From NCBI GenBank assembly GCA_965217585.1, contig OZ244561.1:6400001-6464000 (forward strand): a DNA stretch of 64,000 bases, written 5' to 3'. The notes under the pieces were generated by a model. The model saw nothing but the letters and a program-made list of their open reading frames with translations, searched no databases and had not been told where the DNA came from. The position numbers and the translations under genes were made by a program. Position 1 is the stretch's first letter; each line of letters starts with the position of its first letter. This DNA is from Candidatus Latescibacterota bacterium (GTDB lineage Bacteria; Latescibacterota; UBA2968; UBA8231). Below are positions 56,812-64,000 of the stretch, piece by piece.

Positions 56812-57522
56812 TTATTTTGCCACCTTCATTCTGGCCTTGAGCTGGGCCAGCGAATCATCGACCTTGACTCCCTTGCTGTCGGCGAGGGCCTTGTCAATCT
56901 CGTCGTCAACGGCCGTCGCAGCGTCTCCCATATCGCCATAGGCTTCGGCGAGGGCTTCCTGCTCTTCGGCCTTTTCCTTCATCCGTTCGAGCAGGGCCGT
57001 GGTGCCCTTTGAGTCGATGTTAGCCAAGTGCTGGTTGATCTTGCGGGTGGCGTTGGCGGTTTTGGTGCGCGCCTTGAGGGTTACCAGATCGTTTTCGTAC
57101 GAGGCGATTTTCGACTTCAGGTCGTTGACATTGCTCTGTAGCTTGCTGGCCATCGCCTGTTGGGCTTGGGCCTGTTGGGAAGTTTCTGCGTGCCGACTCT
57201 GGGCCTCCTCGACTCGGGCCAGGGATTCGCGCGCCAGGCGATCGGCTTCGGCTTCCTCCATCTGGCCGGACTCGGCCTTTTGCAACAGCAGCATGGCCTT
57301 GCGCTCGTAATCTTCGGCGCGCCGCCGGTGGTCTTCGGACTCGCGGCTGAGCCTGATGGAGATCGCCTTGACCTCGGCGAGTGCCTTGAGGCTCTCCTGC
57401 AAGTCATTTTTTAAGTCGCGGACCGCTTGCTCACTCATCTTGATTGGATCTTCGAGCTTATCCACTAAGGAGTGGGCCTCGGCCTGCCCAGTTTTAAACA
57501 AGCGTTGAAATATACCTGCCAT
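56812..57522 (-). CDS. pspA: PspA/IM30-family protein
   Basis: MAGIFQRLF...DKLEDP..MSEQAVRDL; coiled coil; ERMKEKA; LAQLKARM. Confidence 0.93.
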   Translation of the reverse strand: MAGIFQRLFKTGQAEAHSLVDKLEDPIKMSEQAVRDLKNDLQESLKALAEVKAISIRLSRESEDHRRRAEDYERKAMLLLQKAESGQMEEAEADRLARESLARVEEAQSRHAETSQQAQAQQAMASKLQSNVNDLKSKIASYENDLVTLKARTKTANATRKINQHLANIDSKGTTALLERMKEKAEEQEALAEAYGDMGDAATAVDDEIDKALADSKGVKVDDSLAQLKARMKVAK

Positions 57523-57525
57523 GTC

Positions 57526-57927
57526 TTATCCTCCCTCTTTGACGGCAAATCCCAGTAATTCCTCCCCATGCTCGACTAAGCCGAGACCGAGGGAGTTGAT
57601 CGTGCTTTCCAGTTCGTTTAAGTCCAAATTCTCCAGCGCCAGTGTATTGCGATAGAGCAGCGAATCGCCTCCCTCGTTGAGGACAAAGGCACCAAAAACC
57701 AAGTCTCGATTCATCTGCAAAATCCGCTTATACGTCTCGGCGGCTCCAGCAGCGACCTTGATGATAAGCTGCTCGATCACCAGCACCGTATCCTCGCAAT
57801 CAACGACTAGGTTTTGCACCCCTCGCTCCTCGTCGTTGACAATGATGATTTCCTCTTCGGGAATCTCTTCGGCGATGGCAAAGCCAAGCTCGAGGACGTA
57901 CTCCTTTACTGTGGCAAAATCAGCCAT
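57526..57927 (-). CDS. YbjN/CesT-like chaperone-fold protein
   Basis: Small acidic protein; LQMNRDLVFGAF...ENLDLNEL; upstream of pspA. Confidence 0.75.
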   Translation of the reverse strand: MADFATVKEYVLELGFAIAEEIPEEEIIIVNDEERGVQNLVVDCEDTVLVIEQLIIKVAAGAAETYKRILQMNRDLVFGAFVLNEGGDSLLYRNTLALENLDLNELESTINSLGLGLVEHGEELLGFAVKEGG

Positions 57928-57953
57928 AAGCTTCCTCCAATGCTAGTTTATAA

Positions 57954-58277
57954 TTAATGGGTCGTCAGGGACTTCTCCAGCTCTTTATAGGCGTGCGTCA
58001 ACTGGGCGCACAGCGCGTTGGCAACCTCGCGCTTGGCCGGCTCCTGTGCGTGGCGGTCGGGGTGGTACTGCTTCATCAACCGCTTCCACGCCGCCTTCAC
58101 CTCCTCCAGACTCGCCCCATAGGGGAGCTCCAGATTGGCGTAATACCCAGCGAGGACCGGGTCTTCGGCAGGTGCGGGGGCCGTCGCCGGGGGCCGCCAG
58201 TGCCCGTAGGCATCGCTCGGCCGACTGGCCGCAGTATGCGCCCGCACGACGCGGAATATGCGCGCAAACAAGTCCAT
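57954..58277 (-). CDS. Small J-domain protein
   Basis: YYANLELPYGASLEEVKAAWKRLMKQYHPD. Confidence 0.9.
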   Translation of the reverse strand: MDLFARIFRVVRAHTAASRPSDAYGHWRPPATAPAPAEDPVLAGYYANLELPYGASLEEVKAAWKRLMKQYHPDRHAQEPAKREVANALCAQLTHAYKELEKSLTTH

Positions 58278-58319
58278 AAATGGCGAAAATACAAGGGCTA
58301 GTGGACCTTGTCCACCCCC

Positions 58320-61300
58320 TCAATAGGCGAGGGAAGAGACGGCCTTTTTAATCATCGCTAGGGCGGCGCTGAACATGCCGATCAGTGACATGCCAACCCC
58401 GAAACCCACGCTCAGAACCATGGCGTAGCGTCGCCATTCTTGCTTGCCGTACTGCTTCCAAAAATAATGCCTAGCCAGCAGGGCACCGATGATTTGCGGA
58501 ATGAGAAAATGCGGAATGCCGTTGACGCTTTGGACGTATCCCCAGACCAGAAAAATCGGCATTCCCAGAAAGGCCAAAGTGAAATACGCCGTCAGACCGA
58601 ATCCCGCGCCGCCGAGGATGATGGGCCACTTCTTGCCGTCGAGGGGATGGTGCGTATCCTCGTCTATCAGACCGTCGCCGTCGTCGTCAACGTTGTTGAG
58701 CAATTCCTCGTCGAGGCCCTCGATATCCCCCGCCCGATAGGCCAGCCCCGGTTGGACAGGCGGCGCGGCGGCCACCCATCCCTCGTGTCGGTCCCCATCC
58801 CGCTCCCATTCGACCAGCACCGCTGCCGCCGTCTCTTCCACAACCGCGGCAAAGGCGGCAACCACCTCCTCGCTGCGCCACGTATCTTGGTCAATGCCTC
58901 GACCATTGACCGTCATAAGGTGGTCGCCGGCTTGCAATCCCAAGCGGTGCCCCAGCCCCTCCCCAGCCACGATGGCGACGCGCACTGCGTCGTATTCGGT
59001 CCACCCCTCGACAAATGAAGTGTCCGCCGCAAACTCAAGTCCCAGTTCTTCTTGTGGCCGGCGCACCACAACTCGACGCATGGTTTTCTCATCCCGTTCC
59101 CAAGCGACAAACACGGAGTCCGCGCCCTGGGTAAAATACCGGTCGATCCGCCCGGTATCCCATTGGGGCACGCGGAGTTCGACGCCGTTTACTGCGAGCA
59201 GGCGGTCGCCTTCCGCCAGCCCGAGCTGGCCACCTACCCCCTCCGACTCCACGCCAGCGACGATGGCCGCGATATTGAGATCGCCGTCGTCGTCCTTGCG
59301 GTCGCCTGTAAAGCGCATATCCCGCCACAGGACCTCAAAGAGCAGGGGTCGGTCCGAGGAGCGCTGCAAAAACTCGCCGTCAAAGCTAGACAGGCGATCC
59401 ACTTCAAAATAGAAGTCAACCGAATCGCCCGGAGCCAGATCAACCGAGATCCGGAAGTTGGGGTTCGGCGTGGCAAGGGCCATGCCGTTGGGAGGCCAAA
59501 GTAGCTGGGGGCCAGCCGACGGCTCAGCGGCGGTCTGCTCGGCGGCTTCCGGGGGTGGCGGAGCGCCCTCGCCGCCGAAGTTGGTGTAGAAGTACCCAGT
59601 CTGCGACCAAGGGCCATAGGTTCGCTTTACCGGATCGGGCACGCCTAAATCTCTGGTGGTGCTCGCCCGCCAGTACCACCAGCGGCCGTCCTGCAAATTG
59701 CTCGGGCTCCACACGGCTTGGCCACCGGGCACAACATCCCCTTCCAACTCCTCCCCAGCGCGCCACATTTTGCTGTACATCGTGCTGGATAAGTAGAGCG
59801 CTTGGTCAAAGGCCCGCAGCGGCCACATTAGCTGCGCGTACGGGTAGCTCTCCGAGGGGATGGGGGCCAAGCGCCAGAGGAAAGTCCAGTACATCAGACT
59901 CACCGCGAAGACGATGGGCAACATAAAGAGCTCGGCCTTGAGCAGGCTGGTAAACTTCATCCCGGTCAGCTCGACGACCCTAAACCCCTCGGCGTGCCCG
60001 CCGAAGTTGCGGGCTGGAAAGGGTACGAACCAGATTTCGACCCCGCGAAAGCCAGTCATAAAGCGGATGGCCTCATCGACATAGGGGATCGCAATCTCCT
60101 TGCCGACTAAGCCATCGAGCCGGGCGCTGACAAAGGACAGAATCGGCGCATAGACAAAGGCGATGAGCACGAAAACTACCAGCAGGCCGGTGCTGACCAA
60201 GGTGGGAAACAGGGTCTTGGCCAAGACGATCGGATAGATCGCCGCCACGCAAAACAGCGCGGCACAGACCCACATATTGAAATCGCCGCGGCCGAGGTGC
60301 TTTAAGCAGTATCCCTTCACTTCGGCCGGGTGGTTGCAGTCCGAGTGCTTGCACACCGTGGGCTGGCCGGCCCCTTGGAGCTGGAGCTTCTCCCGCAGCT
60401 CGGCCTGCTTCTGGCGGCCGGTGCTAAAGAGTTGGTAGAAGCTGACGATGGTGACGGCGATGGTGATGCCAATGGAAAAGGCGCGCCAAAAATCGATCCC
60501 GGTGGCGATCTGGGTGCGGATGGTGTCCATGCCGACTTCCCAGCGCGGTAGATAGCCCAATTCGTAGAGAAAGGGGCTGACGGCCGTGTGCAACACCACT
60601 CCGGAAAAGGAGCCAACCACCGACCAGAAGGGCATGAGCAACCCAGAGAATATCGGCCCCAAGTGCACGGCGATCCCCAGCGGCGTGGCAGGGAGGATGT
60701 TGCCGAGATAGGGCGTCAGATCCCAGAAGGGAATCGGCAAGATCTCCACTTTGGACCCCCAGAGCTGGGTGACCACCGGCACCCCTACGTAGATGGCCCC
60801 GAATGACGCACCGATGGCCGCGCCGATGCTGAACACCGGCCACTTCCACGTCTCCTGCTCAGCCCCGGAATCCTCGGCCAGCGCCATGGCGGCCAGCGCC
60901 GACATCGGCGCGGTCGGAAAGGGCAATTGCTCGCGGTCGGAGGTGAGCCGAAAGAGCATGTAGCCGGAAGTAAACCAAGCGATGCGGCCCATGATCGTCC
61001 CGATCACCAACAGTAGGATCGGGGCCAGCCAGTCGCGATGGATAAAGGTCCGCTCGGCAATAGCCTCTGAATCGGGCGGGGGTGCCCACCACCACGGCAA
61101 AATGCGTGAGATTCCGAATTGCTCGGCTTCGGCCGAGCGCACGAAATACTGACGCCAGAGCAAGTCGAGGAACGCGCCTTCCTCGCGGGCAACCAAGGCC
61201 GAAGCCACGTACACCAGCAGGTAGATTTCCTGGCGCTTGAGCGAGGTAAACGAGCGCTTGGAAACCTCTAAAAAGAGAATCACCGTCACCCATTGCGCTG

Positions 61301-61511
61301 CCGCACCCACGCCGCCACCCGTATATAGCCCGAGAAACATCTCGCCCGGGGTCATAATCAGGGAGATAAAGAGCACGCCGATAATGGTGCGGATCGTAAA
61401 GCCATCCTCAAAGCGGTCGGGGGCTTCGAGCAAGGCTCGGTACTCTTCGACCTCCGCCCACTGGCGCTGCCTTTTTTCTTCTTGACGCCTTTTCTTTTTG
61501 TCGTCGTTCAT
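58320..61511 (-). CDS. OPT-like polytopic peptide transporter with large soluble insertion
   Basis: FEDGFTIRT, AAQWVTVILF, EQLPFP, SYPYAQLMW; about 380-aa insert with PDZ-like and DDDGD repeats; family assignment by recollection. Confidence 0.7.
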   Translation of the reverse strand: MNDDKKKRRQEEKRQRQWAEVEEYRALLEAPDRFEDGFTIRTIIGVLFISLIMTPGEMFLGLYTGGGVGAAAQWVTVILFLEVSKRSFTSLKRQEIYLLVYVASALVAREEGAFLDLLWRQYFVRSAEAEQFGISRILPWWWAPPPDSEAIAERTFIHRDWLAPILLLVIGTIMGRIAWFTSGYMLFRLTSDREQLPFPTAPMSALAAMALAEDSGAEQETWKWPVFSIGAAIGASFGAIYVGVPVVTQLWGSKVEILPIPFWDLTPYLGNILPATPLGIAVHLGPIFSGLLMPFWSVVGSFSGVVLHTAVSPFLYELGYLPRWEVGMDTIRTQIATGIDFWRAFSIGITIAVTIVSFYQLFSTGRQKQAELREKLQLQGAGQPTVCKHSDCNHPAEVKGYCLKHLGRGDFNMWVCAALFCVAAIYPIVLAKTLFPTLVSTGLLVVFVLIAFVYAPILSFVSARLDGLVGKEIAIPYVDEAIRFMTGFRGVEIWFVPFPARNFGGHAEGFRVVELTGMKFTSLLKAELFMLPIVFAVSLMYWTFLWRLAPIPSESYPYAQLMWPLRAFDQALYLSSTMYSKMWRAGEELEGDVVPGGQAVWSPSNLQDGRWWYWRASTTRDLGVPDPVKRTYGPWSQTGYFYTNFGGEGAPPPPEAAEQTAAEPSAGPQLLWPPNGMALATPNPNFRISVDLAPGDSVDFYFEVDRLSSFDGEFLQRSSDRPLLFEVLWRDMRFTGDRKDDDGDLNIAAIVAGVESEGVGGQLGLAEGDRLLAVNGVELRVPQWDTGRIDRYFTQGADSVFVAWERDEKTMRRVVVRRPQEELGLEFAADTSFVEGWTEYDAVRVAIVAGEGLGHRLGLQAGDHLMTVNGRGIDQDTWRSEEVVAAFAAVVEETAAAVLVEWERDGDRHEGWVAAAPPVQPGLAYRAGDIEGLDEELLNNVDDDGDGLIDEDTHHPLDGKKWPIILGGAGFGLTAYFTLAFLGMPIFLVWGYVQSVNGIPHFLIPQIIGALLARHYFWKQYGKQEWRRYAMVLSVGFGVGMSLIGMFSAALAMIKKAVSSLAY

Positions 61512-64000
61512 CAGCTGTGCTCAGTTTCTGCGGGTGCAGCCAACATCTTCTCTGCGACCCCGAGGTGGTGGGCCCTGGACTCCGCGGCCAGCGTGTGCCA
61601 GAGCAGGAACTCTTTCCGCAACCCATTGATAAAGCGGTGGTTGACCCGCTGCCAGAAGGTGTCCTGACCACTGATCCGCTGAATGTAAATCTCCACAGTA
61701 TAGACGGATTTGACCTGGGCGGGCAAAAATTCGAGCTGCATGAACTGGCTCACTCCCATGTCGAACGGCGCCAGCCAGAGCAGGAGCTGCACTGCGTACT
61801 CCGGCCCGCGCTCGCCGTCTTCTTGGACTAATTGGACCTTTTCGGCGTAGAAGTCGCCGATGGACTCTTCGCTATAGGCGCTGAAGTAACCAGCCAAGAA
61901 TCCGCACAGACCCCGCACTTCCCCCTTGCTGACCATAAAGGGGAACTCCATTTCCCAGCGGTCTCCGCTAGGGGCCGGCGGTACCCAGCGACGGACCGTA
62001 TCGGGCACGGCCGTGCGGGCCGCCACCCTAGCCGGATATATAGTCGAAAGCAAGACCACGGCCATCACGATCAGCGACGAGACAATCGCCGCCATAGACG
62101 AGTAATTGAGGCTCAGTCCCTGCAGCAAGTCCAACGCAATGAGTGCTTTGCCCAAACTCTGGCCGAGAATATAGCCCAAGGTAACGCCAATGATCGCATA
62201 GACACATGCCTCGGCCACAAAGAGCAAGGCGATATGCAGCGGTGCCAACCCCACCGATGAGTAAATGCCGATCTCGCGGAAGCGCTCATAGACGGCCCCC
62301 ATCATCGCGTTGAGCACAATCAGCGCAGCGATAAACATCGGTATCACCAAGGCCCCCAAGCCCTCGACATTGGTCAACCCAATTGAGGTATAGGAAAACA
62401 CCTTGGTGGCGGCTTCGCCCGGCTCTTTTAGGCCGGCAAAGAGCGTAATGGCCAGGCGCAGGAGAAAATCCTCGATCAACTCCTGCCCGAGCCCTCCATC
62501 CTCCAGCCGCACCGCCACCGAGCGCAACATGCCCCCCGACTCCCGCAACGTCCCATAGGGCAAGACCAGCACGTTTTCGGATTCTAGGTGGATGAAGGGA
62601 CGAATATCGAGCGCCGACTCATCTAGGGCGATGCTCATATTGTCCTGGGTTACCGGCCCCAGTGCTTGGGCACTCGACATCTGGAAATCCGCCGGCGTCA
62701 GCGACTCGTCGTCGAGGTCGCGGATCGCCTCAAAGAGGTCGGGGTCGAACACGCCCCGCACCACCAAGTCCCGGCCGAATACCCGCACCCTCGCCGTGCC
62801 CAGTTCCGCCGGCCCTATGCCCAGCGCCTCGGCCATGCCCGCGGCCATCAGGCAGGACGCCTCGTCCTCGCGCGTGAAGAAGCTGCCTGCCACCAGCGCT
62901 TGGTCAATGCCGGTGACGCGCACTTCCTCCGGCATCAGCCCCAGCATTCCAGTCGCCCGCACCACCGAAGTATCGCCGAAGACCTCGATGTACTTTTTCT
63001 GCTCGTCGTCAAAGGCGACATACCAGTTCCGCGGCACGACCACTCCTTCGGTGGCGAAGTGGGAACGGGCATAGTCGAGCGTCGGGCGATTTAGCACGTT
63101 CCAATTGCGGTCGCGGATCAGCACCCCTTCGTAGGTCCCCTCGTGGTCCATCGCAAAGGCCATATAGCGGATCTGGGTATTGAACGAGGTGAAGGAGAGC
63201 ACCGTAAAGGTGAGCAGGACCAAGGTCAGCAAGGTCAGCCCGGTGCGCAGCTTGCGCCGACGCATATTGGAAATGCCGAGCATAAAGGCCGCGTAGCTAG
63301 CACTGGCGCGGCTGATATCGGTCTCGTGGACGTGGGCTTCCCTCGCCTGATACGCCTTCATATAGCTATTGAAGCGAGTGCTAATCATCGCCATGACAAA
63401 GGCCGCCATCGCCATGATTGCAAAGGCCAGCAAAATCACCAGCGGATGGGCGATGGCAAAGGCCGGGTGAACCTGGGAAATGGCGATCCAGATCAAAAGC
63501 AACAATCCCCCAAACCCCGCTAGCTGCCTGCGAATATCGGCTGCCGCAAACAGCAACCGCTCCCCCAGAAAGGCCGTTGGGATGACTAAGGCGAGAAAAA
63601 ACACCATGCCGCTGATGACGTCGTTGAGCGTCTGTAGCACTTCTGGGTACGCGCGGGCCGTCACTCCCAGCGCGGCCCGGACGTGCTCGACATAGCGCTC
63701 CCAATCCCTGGCCTCTTCGGCCTGTCGCGCCTGTTCGATCAGCCCCTTGCCGCGTTGGTGCAACCGGGCTAGGCGCTGGTTTTCAATGGCGTTCTCGCGC
63801 AAGGTGTGCAGCCGCGCCTCGTTGAGCTGCCACATGTCCTCGACGGCCAGCATTCCCGTGCGGACCAGCGAGTCCCGCCTTAGCGAGTAGCCCCGCCCGC
63901 GCGCCTGCGCCACGCTTTCTGTGCCTTCGCTGTTGAGTAGGAGCAGGCGGTTGTCGACGATCATCTTGATGCCCTCGTCCTCGTCGGCATCCTGTGGCCC
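61511..64000 (-). CDS. Large FtsX-like permease family protein (5' end outside window)
   Basis: NMRRRKLRTGLT, GAVYERFREIGIYSSVGL...LFVAEA, YPARVAAR; frame open to window end; TGATG overlap with next gene. Confidence 0.85.
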   Translation of the reverse strand, partial: GPQDADEDEGIKMIVDNRLLLLNSEGTESVAQARGRGYSLRRDSLVRTGMLAVEDMWQLNEARLHTLRENAIENQRLARLHQRGKGLIEQARQAEEARDWERYVEHVRAALGVTARAYPEVLQTLNDVISGMVFFLALVIPTAFLGERLLFAAADIRRQLAGFGGLLLLIWIAISQVHPAFAIAHPLVILLAFAIMAMAAFVMAMISTRFNSYMKAYQAREAHVHETDISRASASYAAFMLGISNMRRRKLRTGLTLLTLVLLTFTVLSFTSFNTQIRYMAFAMDHEGTYEGVLIRDRNWNVLNRPTLDYARSHFATEGVVVPRNWYVAFDDEQKKYIEVFGDTSVVRATGMLGLMPEEVRVTGIDQALVAGSFFTREDEASCLMAAGMAEALGIGPAELGTARVRVFGRDLVVRGVFDPDLFEAIRDLDDESLTPADFQMSSAQALGPVTQDNMSIALDESALDIRPFIHLESENVLVLPYGTLRESGGMLRSVAVRLEDGGLGQELIEDFLLRLAITLFAGLKEPGEAATKVFSYTSIGLTNVEGLGALVIPMFIAALIVLNAMMGAVYERFREIGIYSSVGLAPLHIALLFVAEACVYAIIGVTLGYILGQSLGKALIALDLLQGLSLNYSSMAAIVSSLIVMAVVLLSTIYPARVAARTAVPDTVRRWVPPAPSGDRWEMEFPFMVSKGEVRGLCGFLAGYFSAYSEESIGDFYAEKVQLVQEDGERGPEYAVQLLLWLAPFDMGVSQFMQLEFLPAQVKSVYTVEIYIQRISGQDTFWQRVNHRFINGLRKEFLLWHTLAAESRAHHLGVAEKMLAAPAETEHS

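Noticed and set aside
1-64000. CRISPR array, rRNA, IS elements
   Set aside because: No regularly spaced repeats, rRNA signatures or transposase ORFs were seen.

Overview
GC-rich bacterial chromosomal segment, mostly core genes. It is probably from an FCB-superphylum diderm such as Latescibacterota (inferred from bS22, a PorV/PorQ barrel, HprK and OPT/FtsX-type giant membrane proteins; not verified). From 1 to 15.4 kb the + strand carries der, rimP-nusA-infB-rbfA-truB-ribF'-rpsO-pnp and asnS-leuS. After about 15.85 kb most genes are on the - strand: a tyrosine recombinase, mutL, hprK, rsgA, two prs paralogues, apt, thrC-metB, a BMC-H/aldolase satellite locus, ychF, three tRNAs, bS22, HU, mreBC, McrBC, a PspA-polyamine locus and an OPT/FtsX locus. 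Interspersed + strand blocks hold vapBC, a TPAT transporter, purB-pyrH and cysC. Convergent gene orientation and a KOPS polarity switch suggest the window spans the replication terminus. The most striking unannotated signal is five AT-rich 11-6-11 dif-like sites, arranged mirror-wise around a lone tyrosine recombinase that has its own symmetric core site upstream. Other highlights are an McrB with a DUF1802-like N-terminus, an OPT-like transporter with a zinc finger and a nested PDZ insert, a PRPP-synthetase pseudo-enzyme pair, and a candidate sRNA. All family assignments come from motif recognition by eye; no searches were run.
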